Shown: positions 37,715-50,361 of the stretch, piece by piece
Position numbering within the stretch: position 1 is the stretch's first letter
Layout: every line of letters starts with the position of its first letter
Source: Octopus sinensis
Lineage: Eukaryota
DNA: 55,450 nt
Assembly: GCF_006345805.1 (NCBI RefSeq)
Contig: NW_021833736.1
Location: 1-55,450, forward strand
Direction: 5' to 3'
Notes under the pieces: model-generated
What the model was told of the DNA's origin: nothing
Database searches by the model: none
The model's input: only the letters and a program-made list of their open reading frames with translations
Position numbers and translations under genes: made by a program

Positions 37715-38495
37715 CTATAAATATAAATCTCAATAATCTTTCTGCGGATTTTTGCAGAACATAGGATGGTGCTTTTCTGCGGGTCAATAATACAAGTTTC
37801 AATTCCAATATCTTCCAAGTCTTTTAAGTAAAATTATGGATGTTGTGCCAAGTGTACCAATTGCTACAAGAATAATTGTTGTCTTGAAATAGTTGTTGTC
37901 TTGATCTGTCTATACAACTTTTTGTAACTAAACACTTTCAAGCTTCGGATACTGGTAGAATGTGTCATATAAAACATCTTTTACTGTTAGCATTTTTGAC
38001 AAAAACTTATATTTACGAAGTTATTTCACGTTAAAGTTCTCGTATTTCGGTAATTTCAACCAATCCATGACTTGTATTCAGCTGAATAAAATTACTGCCG
38101 TTGTCTGTCAACAAGGACTTCCGGTGGTGTATATTATGTATGTGTTTATGCTTGTGTTGGAGTATATGGCCGTATGTGTGCGTTTGAGTGTAGACGGATG
38201 CATGATATTCTCAATTTTTTCAGTTTCTTTGGTATCGACTCTGCTATCATAGGGAATGGCAAAATCTATGATCTTACACTGTCCATGATTATATCTGATC
38301 TTTTTGTTTTAATGACATGGTAAGTCTTTATAGGGAAATCCCACAAGATCTCGTAATTCTTAGTTTCTCTCACAGCCTCTTATTCGTGTTTATACGAATT
38401 TTCTGTTGTTTTTGAAGCCAGACACTCAGCTAACATCCCAATGCGCTCTTTTGCCTAAATAGTCACGTCTGCACTTATACACTTTTTATGCTATA
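37715..38495 (-). pseudogene. R4/Dong-like RLE fragment, split by a MITE-related insertion (37915-38195)
   Basis: EILWDFPIKT...IIDFAIPYDSRVDTKETEKIEN-[insert]-TIILVAIGTLGTT...LEDIGIET...; abuts (TAA)n. Confidence 0.75.
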
Positions 38496-38529
38496 ATAAT
38501 AATAATTATTATTATTGTTGTTATTATTG

Positions 38530-39060
38530 AGTGAGAGAGCAGTGTATGCCATCAAAGTGACATTGGGGTAAAATATACGAAGCCCAGTTTACCCGTCATG
38601 ATTACCCGTCCGATAAGGGTACACCAGGCACATGCATAACAACCATATGTGCGCGACATGGTGATCTCATATCAAGATAAATAGCGCATGACCTTGCAGG
38701 TGGGGCCTAGTTAGAGTTTTTTTTCAAGTTGAGTAACCCACCCCGGTCAAAAGGTCCCTGAATAAGGATTGTTTCCAAAAGTGAATTATTCAAATCCCAA
38801 AGAATCCCTCTCAACACATAGCTATGATGCTCCCCTACAACTTCTGCTCATGATTAGAGATGCACATATCGTCAGCCACTAAGGGACATGCTCAACTGGT
38901 TAAGGTCAAACAACTGACAAGCAAATCTGTGGTATTGATCAGAATATTTACTGTAGCCCATCTTTTATACCGAGACAAAACAATGTATACATGATAACAC
39001 TTCCAATCAGTTAAGATCAGAAGGCTTGAGAGCCACAGCCTGATACTGCATCAAGGCATT
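38530..39060. mobile_element. Unclassified interspersed repeat
   Basis: Single copy here, bounded by (ATT)n and poly-T; I recall it as a common Octopus repeat but cannot verify this. Confidence 0.35.
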
Positions 39061-40479
39061 TATTTTTTTTTTTTTTTTTCCTTCTTTCTTCAAAATTTCT
39101 TCCGTTTCTCGCCGAGTGTTTTCCATACACCTAGGGCAGAGAAGGGCATTGTATGCATTCCCAGATTACACGCGCAAATTCACAGATAAAATATGTATTT
39201 AAAAATTAATAAATAAATGAATTCATGAATGGATGTTGTTTTCACATTGATAATGCTCTTCTCAGTACATGAGCCGTTCCAGTTAATACGATTTTTTGCA
39301 CTTCCTGTAGGGATGGTGAGCCTGGAATCATTTTCAAATAGGTTTCAGTACCTTTTTTTATCATTCCTAGAGATATTATTATTATTATTATTATTATCGT
39401 TATTATTATTATGGTGGCAAGCTAGAAAAATCGCTAGCACTTCCGACAAAGGTGCTTGGTAGCATTTTGTTTACACCGGACTTGCTAGCCTTGTGACAAG
39501 ATTTGAAACCGTTACTATTGTCTTAAACCTGAGGTCTTGATATCTTGGGGGAGGACCAATGCTTTTTCATTTTACTGTATTTTATTCCGTATAATACCCT
39601 CGCTACCATTCTTCCTGGCCTCTCTAAAAACGGTAAACAGTCAGGAATTCAGACAGTATGATCAAACATTGGTATTATCCGCTAAGTTGGTAATGTCTAA
39701 GTTGTGTGAAATAACCGCAGTGTTCTACTTCACCAAACACAACTCATTCCAGAACTGATAATTGCAATTAGATGAGAAAAGTGCATATGAAAAGTACAAA
39801 ATATAAGAATGCCTTGGAATAATAGAATAGAATAGAATAGAATAGAGAAAGAGAGGAGTTGCTGGTGAAGAGGATCGGAAGGACAGAGTGTAAGGAAAAT
39901 GAGAAGGAGTAGAATAGAAGGGTTGAGTGAGATAAAAACGGGAACTGCGATATAAGCATATATATATATATATAATATATATATATATATTTCCAAGAAA
40001 GTTAGAGGTTGTGAATCCAACCAACTAAGGGATAATATCTATACAATATACTGCTGGTAGAATACCCAAATATATTTTATATCTTATATGTAAAGCATAA
40101 TGTTATACATGTATGTATATTCTCGTAATTGTCAGTTTAGTAAATAAATAAATAAGTTAACAAAATATAATATCTATAAGCTGATGAACCACCTATTGAT
40201 CTCCTCCATTTTCTTATTGCTCTCTCTCTCTCTATATATATATATGTGTGTGTGTGTGAGTGTTTGTGTGTGTATGTACACATACACATATATGTTATAT
40301 ATGTTAAGAAAGAGAGAGAGGGTAAGATAATAGGATTGTGGAATGCAGAAAAACTGGGGACAATGGAATAAGGGAGATTTATGAGATAAAGAAAGGAAGG
40401 TCCAGTAGAGGAGAGTAAGAGAAAGAGGGAACAGGAAGAGAGTGTGCGAGATAGTTGGGGAAGAAAGACAAAAATAGAG

Positions 40480-40785
40480 AGGTGAAGAGAAAAAGAGAGA
40501 GAGAGAGAGAGAAAAAATTAGAGAGGGAGGGTGGAGGTGAGAGAGAGAGGTGAGAGAGTGAGAGAGAGATGGTGAGAGAGTGGGAGAGAAGGTGAGAAAG
40601 TGACAGAGAGAGAGAGAAGGTGAGAAGTGGGAGAGAAGGTGAGAAAGTGACAGAGAGAGAGAGAAGGTGAGAGAGTGGGAGAGAGAGAAGGTGAGAGAGT
40701 GGGGGAAAGACAGAGAGAGAGAAGGTGAGAGAGAGTGAGAGAGAGAGAAGGCGAGAGAGAGAGAAGGTGAGAGAGAGAGAGAAAC
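40480..40785. repeat. GA-rich tract with GAGAAGGTGAGA unit
   Basis: Seen directly. Confidence 0.9.
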
Positions 40786-41278
40786 GTAGAAAAAGTATAA
40801 AAACACAAAACAAACAAAATTAAACTGGTTGAAATAATTTTTTTTTAAATATAAAGAGAGAAAAAAATCATAAAAAGAAGGATGAAAAAAAAGGAAATTA
40901 TAATGGGAGAATGGGTGGTTGAAGCAAAGCTGGGCATGGATGGAAGGATTAGGTGACAAGATTAAATTATGTGTCGCTGAAGATGCGCCGTTTTATTTCA
41001 GCTTCCTTTGTATTTTTTGGGTTTTTTTTAAGATTTCCTCTGCAACACTACGTCAGCCTTATTGTCGCTAATGTTGTCACAAAGTCTAAAGTTTTCAGCA
41101 ATAATTGGTTAATACTGACTTCATTAACACTTAGCAGTGTCACGTGGTTACACGTTTGGGCTTTGAGTGTCACTTTTTGTTATTTAATTATTATTTTTTT
41201 TCTTGTTATAACTTTTTTTTTTGTTTGAGCTTTCCAAAGAGCTCGGTCACGGGTTCACTGCATTTGTAACGATGGCGA

Positions 41279-41535
41279 GAGGGTGACTAGGGAGAAGGTG
41301 ATTAAGTCGGGCGGAGTAAATATCACAAGGTGTCTTCATTTGAAAGCACCAGATATTTTCTGGAGAGAGTGACTAGGGAGTAGATGTATAAGTCGGGTGG
41401 AATAAATATCACAAGGTATCTTCATTTGAAAGCACCAGATATTTTCTGGAGAGAGTGACTTGGGAGAATGTGTATAAGTCGGGCGGAATAAATATCACAA
41501 GGTATCTTCATTTTAAAAGCACCAAATATTTTCTC
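41279..41535. repeat. ~85-bp tandem repeat, 3 copies
   Basis: GTGACT[A/T]GGGAG...AAATATCACAAGGT.TCTTCATTT.AAAGCACCA at ~41284, 41369 and 41455. Confidence 0.9.
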
Positions 41536-41796
41536 GTCGATGTTTACATACGTCTGCGGCCGACTTATACAAAGAAACATAAAAACATACACACACCTAC
41601 ACCAAGATAATGCACATAATGAAAGACATTCACACACACACACACACACACAAAGAAGCATGCATACACTGTGTGTTTGTCGCGCACATATGGTTGCGAT
41701 GCATGTGCCTGGTGTACGGGGCGTCATGATGGATAAACTAGGCTTCGTATATTTTACTCCAGTGTCATTTTGATGGCATGCACTGCCCTCTCAATC

Positions 41797-41838
<42 letters not shown>

Positions 41839-41933
41839 GCAATAATAATAATAATAATAATAGCAATAATAATAATAATAATAATAATAGCAATAATAAT
41901 AATAATAATAACAATAATAATAATAATAATAGC

Positions 41934-41978
<45 letters not shown>
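41797..41978. repeat. (AAT)n microsatellite
   Basis: Seen directly. Confidence 0.98.
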
Positions 41979-41985
<7 letters not shown>

Positions 41986-42568
41986 TACAATCGCAATCTA
42001 GTTTTATCTTCTTTGATAAATTTTTAGTTTTGTATTTTCGTTTTTCTTTTTTTTTTCATACTTTCCACAAATAAAATGTTAAACAAGTGAATCTACAGGA
42101 TAAAACAAACACTAACCAGCAAAGGGTATTGAAACTAGTAGACCAAGACAAAGAACAATACCAACACAAACACAAAAGCAAGAGAATCCATCAGACACTA
42201 CACATATTAGAAATACACAAAGCACGCATAAAATGTATTACATGAATCAAACGCGTTCTATCTATAGAAGAGATTAACACACCAAAACCCTCGTAAAATA
42301 GAACAGAATACAAAATACGTAGCATCGAATCATAAATCACCACAAATAATATACTGCGAAATTGCTAAAGTTAAAAACCTCATTGACAATTAGCCATAAG
42401 GGTTGATGTAGTTCTGGAAACAAGAAACAAACTCGAATGCAAACTTGAAAGTTGTAAAATTCGCGATTTCAACTGTTGTATTGGCTATTCAAATGTAATA
42501 TTCTCCTGCTAGTAATTGCTACAAGCAGCGATTGCAATACATTATATTGCAAATGTAAAACTAGACTA

Positions 42569-43121
42569 TTGGGTTGTCAGGAAAGTTCGTGCCGATTTTT
42601 AAAGGAAGGAAAAAGGTCAATAAATACTTGCCATTACATTTTTACTCAACTGAATATGAACCATTTTGTTACACAATGCGTCTCCATCTTTCCTTTAACT
42701 TGAAAATACCCTCTTCCCAGAACTGAGATGGTTTCATGGCAAAAAATTCATCAAGGTATCTTTTTACGTCAGCCAAGGAATTGAAATTTTTTACCATTAA
42801 GACTATTCAGCAGTGGAAATCCGAAGGAGCAATATCTGGTGAATATGGAGGTGGGGTAACACATCCCAGCCAAGCTGCAGCAATTTTTGTCTGGCTCCCA
42901 AAGCATCAAGTGCCGAAAATGAACTTTGTTATCTTCCATTTTAAAGGGTTACAGAATTAACACAGGTTATAGGAACATGAACCTTCTTGTACGAAAAGAA
43001 AGCTTAAATTGTGTTCTGAATGGAGGTGTAGTCAAATCGTATTTTATAGACTCAACCATGTTCAAAAATAATTCGAAAGGTAAGCTACTATAAATCGGCA
43101 CGAACTTTCCGGACAACCCAA
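42569..43121 (-). mobile_element. Internally deleted mariner (Tc1/mariner) element
   Basis: TIR TTGGGTTGTC[A/C]GGAAAGTTCGTGCCGATTT, TA TSD; transposase remnant LGWDVL..PPYSPDIAPSDFH...FWEEGIFKLKERW. Confidence 0.95.
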
Positions 43122-43364
43122 TATTTAGAAAACATTAGAGAACAGCATATCTCTATACTCTACACAATTCCACTCCAACTGAACGTTGGAAGCAATAACT
43201 CTAGCACAATAGGATGCTTAAAGGAACACTCAGAAAACATGCTTTAATCACAAAAATAAAAAATACTCCTCAGCGATATCAACAAAAATCACCTTGGTAC
43301 CGTTTAATATCTAGCGATAGCAACACCGCCTTTTTCAGAAACTGAGTTCACGAGTGTCTAAATC

Positions 43365-43782
43365 GGATCTTTTCGGTTTGAACGGCAGTTTTTAAAGATA
43401 ATTTCCAAGTAACTAAACACTTTTAAACTTCGTATACTGGTAGAATTTCTTTATAAAACATCTTTTTCTCTTGGCTTTACTGAGAAAATTCTATAGTTTG
43501 TAAGATATTTGTTGTTTTTTTTCTTCAATTTCTGCAATTTCAACCAATCAATGACGTCTATTGAGGTAAAAAACATTCTGTGCCGTATAAATATGTCCCT
43601 CGTTTAAGAAACAGATTGGATTTATTTACATTTGTGAAGAAAAAAAGAAACCCTTCCCCCCACATCTAACCCTAACCCTAAAACAGATTGAAATGCAATA
43701 GATCGATACTAGGGTCATAATTATGGGTGACAATTTCGTATGACACCACTAGAAAAAACTGCCGTTCAAACCGAAAAGATCC
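43365..43782 (-). mobile_element. MITE (8-bp-TSD family)
   Basis: Full TIRs; TSD TCTAAATC. Confidence 0.95.
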
Positions 43783-44420
43783 TCTAAATCACTAAAAATC
43801 AATTTCAAAACTCCACTGTTCCAAATGGACTGCTTGGAAATAATGAAAATACAGAAAGAAAATCGTTCATAAAATGGTAAAACAACATAATCATATTTTA
43901 AATACATGTTAAACGACAAGCTGTTTCCTATATTTATACGACTATAACCGCTCAAATAGATGTTTAAAGAAAACTATTTCCCTAAATTACACAACGATAT
44001 TCACCAACGCGATTCAATATATCGGTATTTATCTTATATGGGTTGTGTAAATTTATTCATTATCACGTTCTGTTGGCTTTTTGCAATATTTCTTTGTGAT
44101 TATATCCAGGCTATCAACTAAGCACCATTATGTAGATTACTTAGTGTTATTAACAGGTTGATTGTAATATTGACGAAAAGCTATGTTCCTATTAACTTTC
44201 GTAGGTGAAAGGTAGAGTAATGTGTCCCAGATGAGTTTTAAGAAATGACAAAACTAGTGGAACAGTTCTCACTTTTTAGCATATCGGGCGAAATGCTTAG
44301 CGATATTTCGTCTGCCGCTACGTTCTGAGTTCAAATTGTAATCAGTGGATTTATTTCACTAGAATTCTTATATGTTTACAAAGGATAGAAAGGCATCTCC
44401 AGCTAGCAGGCCATGCTACT

Positions 44421-44461
44421 CCAGACTGATGACGAGCAAAGACTCAGAAACTAGTCTCTGG
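44421..44461 (+). ncRNA. Minimal type I hammerhead ribozyme candidate, intact core
   Basis: CCAGA-CTGATGA-C-GAG caaaga CTC-A-GAAA-CTAG-TC-TCTGG: helix I 5 bp, palindromic helix III ACTAGT, GUC site. Confidence 0.65.
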
Positions 44462-44694
44462 TTGCAGGCTTAGCTGGGTGGAAGTGCTTATCTCCCCCTT
44501 GTAAACATAAGGACACAGGAAATGTGTCAAGGCCGACAGGAAGCATTGCTGTTTCCTAGGGCTAAATAGCAGTAGTATGATTCCCTTCATGGGACTGTCA
44601 CATTAAGTTGACAGTATACACCTACTCTATCGTACCACTACTGCTTATATCTCTCTGAGATATTTAGAAATGTAATATATATATATATATACCG

Positions 44695-44867
44695 GAGTAA
44701 ACACATAAATGTGAAACAAGATGGAAAAAAAGAGTACTCAAATACCAGAGGAAAGAGTTATATGCTTTATTTAAAAGCAGCAGAAATTTAACAAAAGCTG
44801 TTACTCTGAGTTTCACGTTCCCTTCGTCGGACAGTTTTGTTAACTGCTGCTTTTAAATAAAGTATAT
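44695..44867 (-). mobile_element. Short (TA)n/(TG)n-embedded element with partial inverted repeat; probable PLE terminus
   Basis: GCTTTATTTAAAAGCAGCAG (~44764) inverted as CTGCTGCTTTTAAATAAAG (~44844); hammerhead-like motif lies between them. Confidence 0.55.
44798..44834 (-). ncRNA. Minimal type I hammerhead-like motif, core variant CCGACGA
   Basis: CTGT-CCGACGA-AGGGAACGT-GAAA-CTC A GAG-TA-ACAG: helix I CTGT/ACAG, helix III CTC/GAG; helix II damaged. Confidence 0.5.
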
Positions 44868-45185
44868 GTGTGTGTGTGTGTGGTGTGTGTGTGTGTGCGT
44901 GTGTGTGTGTGTATATACGTACATTTACTAGACATGCATGTATGTATGCATGTATGTAATGTATCTGTGTATCTGCATGTCAAGATATATATAAGTCGAT
45001 TATAAATCCGCAGCCTAGAGAAACCGTAGTTTCAAGGCAAAAGATCCACGTCCAACCCCCATCTCGATCTTTCTCGGTTATCAGCCAATCTCAGTTAATC
45101 AACCACCTCCCTCACTGGTTATGCTCAACCACCTCTTTCTCCCACATGTACACACATAGCATACACACATACATGTATATACATT

Positions 45186-45644
45186 GAATGACCATGGGAT
45201 TGCACCTAAAAAGTTACCCTCCGAGGCACAAGTCTGGGCAAGGTTGTTTATGGAAGACCAGCAGTCGCCCACGCATACCAGCCTCCTCTCTCCACGCCAC
45301 TGATGTTATCCAAGGGAAAGGCAAAGGGGCCGATACAGCTTGGCACCATTGACGTCGCAGCTCATTTATTAACGTGCAAGTGGCAGAGCACTCCACAGAC
45401 ACATGTACCCTTAACGTAGTTCTTGGGGAGACTCAGCATGACACGGCTGGCCCTTTGAGATAGAGATACAACAGAAACAGGAAGAAAGAGTGAGAGAAAG
45501 TTGTGGTGAAAGAGTACAGCAGGGTTCACCACCACCCTCTGCTGGAGCCTCGTGGAGCTTTAGGTGTTTTCGCTCAGTAAACACTCACAATGCGCGGTCT
45601 GGGATTCGAAACCGCGATCCTACGACTGCGAGTCCACTGCCCTA
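45186..45644 (-). mobile_element. Composite SINE: family B head, family D-like middle, distinct tail
   Basis: Head matches family B; GAACTACGTTAAGGGTACA.GTGTCTGTGGA.TGCTC matches the family D body. Confidence 0.8.
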
Positions 45645-45754
45645 CATAAACACTCACATATATACATACATACATGGAAACCTTACCTGTCATTGTGGTT
45701 TTGTGGCACGAAGCTAACAAGGGCTTGCTGTTCACTCAAGAAAACGAATAATAA

Positions 45755-45856
45755 ATGATCCACAAGCAAACTGAGTCCTCAACTTGTCCCATTTGCCAAA
45801 AGGTTTGCAAGGCACCTACAGGCCTCAAGAGACACATTCATGTCCATAGAATATAA
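45755..45856 (+). pseudogene. Single C2H2 zinc finger followed by a stop; probable RTE-type LINE C-terminus
   Basis: MIHKQTESSTCPICQKVCKAPTGLKRHIHVHRI*: C-x2-C-x12-H-x3-H; stops immediately upstream. Confidence 0.6.
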
Positions 45857-45917
45857 TTAACGCTTTGTTTTACTGAACCCTCAATTGTCGTTCATGACAA
45901 CATAATCCACCATATAT

Positions 45918-45955
<38 letters not shown>

Positions 45956-46278
45956 GTGTATATATATAATAACAAAGGTAGCTAGACGTAATATAAAACC
46001 AAAAAGGAAAAATTAAATTGTCACTAATAGTGACCGAGAGTGCAGGGTATGTATGTATGTATGTATGTATGTATGTATGTATGTATGTATGTATGTATGT
46101 ATGTATGTATATATATATAGATATATATATAGAGAGAGAGATAGATAGATAGATACATACATACATATATATATACATATATATATAGATACATATATCT
46201 TTACATATATATATATATACATGCATATATATACACTATCTATCTCTCTAAATATCTATGTATGTATGTGTGTGTATG

Positions 46279-46314
<36 letters not shown>

Positions 46315-46689
46315 CGCACACACGTACACAAAAAATGTTTTCTACCCCTTGACGGAGTTTTCAGCAGTGACCAGTGAATAGCGCTTCTTGCCAACCTGCG
46401 CCAGCACACATATATAGAACAGTAAACACACACATGTCTCTAAGTAGATTTTTCTCGCCCCTTATAATACATCAAATATTCTTTAAATAGTCAGAACTTT
46501 ATTCTCGGTCACAAAGAACATCTACACACCCTCACCCACAGGATTGACCGCTGCCTGACCCGTTAAAATCTTCAACCACCGGTTCTCAACATACACTGAT
46601 AAACAGTTTTGCCATGGGCTCTTAGGAGCCTAGTTCGATTTGTTTTGCTCCGCCTCTGTTCTGTTTTTGTTTTTTCCAACGGATTTCCT

Positions 46690-46780
46690 ATTTCTTCCTG
46701 AAGAGAAAGACACAATATGGTCTCATTATTCAATCGGATTTTGGTAAATTGTGCCTTTCGAAACACGTGTAGAATGAAAT
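46690..46780 (+). ncRNA. Type I hammerhead ribozyme candidate, intact core, extended helix II
   Basis: ATTTCTTC-CTGAAGA-GAAAG-a-CACAAT...ATTGTG-c-CTTTC-GAAA-CACGTG-TA-GAATGAAAT: canonical G-C at the base of helix II, palindromic helix III ACACGTGT, GUA site at 46771. Confidence 0.8.
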
Positions 46781-46987
46781 AAAACGATTTCTGTTCAATC
46801 TTCGTTCAGCTCCATTTCTTCAATTCACCAATAATACTAAAATTCAATTATCCGCACCAACGCACGGTTGCAACACCATATGGTTGTACTCCAACCGTGC
46901 TGTCTTCTGCTGTGATTTTTGCTACCAAGGTATCGGTAAACTTTTGATTAATCTGCTACAAGATTATTCATCTTTCTATTTCACATA

Positions 46988-47094
<107 letters not shown>

Positions 47095-47627
47095 ATTAAA
47101 GAAGCATCCACCACTACAAGCGCACACGAGTACGACCGTCATCAGAGATACACGGCCGTGTGACCACACCCACCCACTCACATCAAATAAACTTCCCGAA
47201 GAAATCAATAAAACATGTCCGTCTTTAATATTAAAAGACCGCTTGAGGGTTTTAAGACCGCTAACGATGTCGTCTTCTCTTATTCTCAAAACTTTCTCCC
47301 ACAACTAGAAAGCTCCGTCAACCTTGGAAATAATTGGTCGCTAACAATTTATGAGAGAAACAGAAGAAAGTTAATGGCCAATTAGAAATGATAATTATTA
47401 TTATTATAGTAATTATTACTATTGTTTTTATAAAAAATTGCTACTATTATTGAAATCCTTATTATCCACAGAAGTGATTATTGTTGAAGTTACTATTGTT
47501 ATTGTTATTATTAAGGTAACCTTATCGTTATATCTGTTTACCTATCTGTCTATCTATCTACTTGTCTGGCTGTCTATCTCTCTTTCTGTACACACCCACC
47601 CACACACGTACATATACACATATATAT

Positions 47628-47668
<41 letters not shown>

Positions 47669-47793
47669 TATATATATATGTGCACACACATTATACATAT
47701 ATACATGTAAATATATACATATATATATATATATACATTATACATATTATATATATGTATACACATTATACATATATACATGTAAATATATAC

Positions 47794-47851
<58 letters not shown>

Positions 47852-47879
47852 TATACATATTATACATATATATATACAT

Positions 47880-48052
47880 ATATACGACGAGCTTCTTTCA
47901 GTTTCCGTCTACCAAATTCCCTCACAAGGCTTTGGTCGGCCCGAGGCTATAGTAGAAGACACTTGTCCAAGGTGCCACGGAACTATGTGGTTCGTAAGCA
48001 AGCTGCTTACCACACAGCCACTCTTACATATATATATGTATACATACATACA

Positions 48053-48088
<36 letters not shown>

Positions 48089-48240
48089 TACATATATACG
48101 ACGAGCTTCTTTCAGTTTCCGTCTACCAAATTCCCTCACAAGGCTTTGGTCGGCCCGAGGCTATAGTAGAAGACACTTGTCCAAGGTGCCACGGAACTAT
48201 GTGGTTCGTAAGCAAGCTGCTTACCACACAGCCACTCTTA
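47880..48240 (-). mobile_element. Tandemly duplicated SINE family C 5' half (~217-bp period)
   Basis: Identical blocks at ~47881 and ~48098. Confidence 0.9.
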
Positions 48241-48346
48241 CATATATATATGTATATATATATATATATATATAGAAATTCGGGGTGAGTACTTGATAAT
48301 TGTAAGCACCTGTATATACCGTTTGGTGGTGTAGGTGGTGGAGTAA

Positions 48347-48592
48347 ATTGATCAAAATAAAAACATGATGCCAAGGATTCAGCGTACATATGTTTCGGGC
48401 CTTTATTAGACAGATTTATAACAATGCATAATGTATGTCTGTGGCCTTCATGTGTTACATGTCCTTGTGGAAGTTGTGCGCGGCTGAAGAAGGCCACAGA
48501 CATACATTATGCATTGTTATAAATCTGTCTAATAAAGGCCCGAAACATATGTACCGCTGAATCCTTGGCATCATGTTTTTATTTTGATCAAT
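48347..48592. repeat. Near-perfect inverted repeat (~103-bp arms, 39-nt spacer); inverted PLE-like termini
   Basis: Arms 48347-48449 and 48489-48592; about one indel; abuts (TA)n. Confidence 0.9.
48480..48557 (+). ncRNA. Type I hammerhead ribozyme candidate, intact core, extended helix II
   Basis: GCGG-CTGAAGA-A-GGCC-ACAGA...TCTGT...GGCC-C-GAAA-CATATG-TA-CCGC: palindromic helix III ACATATGT, GUA site at 48553. Confidence 0.75.
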
Positions 48593-48617
48593 ATATATAT
48601 ATATATATATATATGTA

Positions 48618-48653
<36 letters not shown>

Positions 48654-49014
48654 TAGTAGCATAGATACATACATATATATACATACAATATATGCGTGTG
48701 TATAAACATGAAGTGAGAGAAAATGAGCGAGTGAGAGAGAAATGGAGAAAGTAGTTGTAAGTGAAAAAGAGAGAGAGAAAAAAAATAAGGATAAACACGT
48801 TTCTTATTTTAAAGTTCCTGATAACTGGAACACAGTTCTCTGAAGATTTGTTGTCGTTGAGCATCTTCATGCATTCGGTAATTCCATCGCATGGTTCCAA
48901 ACAGCAATATCAATGAAACGCTCGTAGGAACTTTAAAATATGAAACCTGGGTCTATCCATATTTTTTCCTTTATTTGCCCTGTAAGTCATAACCGTGCCG
49001 TAGTTTATTAACAA

Positions 49015-49335
49015 CTAGCACTATGACCCGGCGTTGTTATACACGCGAGTAATGTCCAAATCTCCGACCAGTCACATACAGCTAGCTGTCATTCAATTGG
49101 CGTATCAAGTTCCAGGCATTTTGATTAGGTTTTGGGTAGAAAATTCACAAAAAAGTCACTTCTATTGATTTTTTAATGGCTTTGCGGGGTGACTAGGGAA
49201 ATTTAAAGATGTGCACGACCACCCTTGGACGGTTTTGAATGACCATAGAAAGTGCGAGCCCTCTAACTGAAAAATTGTGGATTTGTATAAAGGACCACAC
49301 ACACACAGACATTTTGCCGTTTATATATAGAGAGA
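49015..49335 (-). mobile_element. Non-autonomous Helitron (another subfamily)
   Basis: 5' A|TCTCTCTATATATAAACGGCA like 13454; 3' CTAG|T. Confidence 0.75.
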
Positions 49336-49480
49336 TTATGCAGAAAGGAAACTGGATCACGAATATCTACGAGGAGCTCTAAATAATGCAATAGAAGTCT
49401 TTGAACTCAGAACATAAAGACGGGCGAAATGCTGCCAAGAATTTCGATTCAGCCAGTTCACTGCTTTGTGTGTGAATACG

Positions 49481-49876
49481 CTTTTACTCTTTTACTTGTT
49501 TCAGTCATTTGACTGCGGCCATGCTGGAGCACCGCCTTTAGTCGAGCAAATCGACTCCAGGACTTATTTTTTGTAAGACTAGTACTTATTCTATCGGTCT
49601 CTTTTGCCGAACCACTAAGTTACGGGGACGTAAACACACCAGCAACGGTTGTCAAGCGATCGTGGGGGGACAAACAGACACGCACACACACACACATACA
49701 CACATATATGTATACATATATACAACGGGCTTCTTTCAGTTTCCGTCTACCAAATCCACTCACAAGGCTTTGCTCGGCCCGAGGCTTTAGTAGAAGACAT
49801 TTGCCCAAAGTGCCACGCAGTGGGACTGAACACGGTACCATGTGGTTGGTAAGCACGCTACTTACCAGACAGCCAC
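49481..49876 (-). mobile_element. Near full-length SINE family C (CORE-like CTTTGGGCAAATGTCTT)
   Basis: Head, body and tail all present. Confidence 0.9.
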
Positions 49877-50006
49877 ATTGGTTTTCAGGACTCGTGCCTA
49901 TAATAAGCAAGATATATATTCGCATACGAGTGTAGGTGTGCGACGCACACACATGTGCACATGTACACGATGAATATGGAAATACTTAGGAAAAAATTCA
50001 TGCATG

Positions 50007-50049
<43 letters not shown>

Positions 50050-50204
50050 CATGTATGTATGTAAGAGCGCGTCACGCCCACACACAATCACACCAGCGAG
50101 GTTGTTATTAAGAAAGGTAGAGACAGCGCAAAAATAAATATGTTACAAACACAATCTCTGGTTCAATGAAGCATGACATTAATAATTAGTATTAATTTAG
50201 GCCT

Positions 50205-50240
50205 ACTATTACTACTACTACAACTACTACAACAACAACA

Positions 50241-50278
<38 letters not shown>

Positions 50279-50324
50279 CACCACCACCACCACCACCACT
50301 ACTACTACTACTACTACCACCACC

Positions 50325-50361
<37 letters not shown>

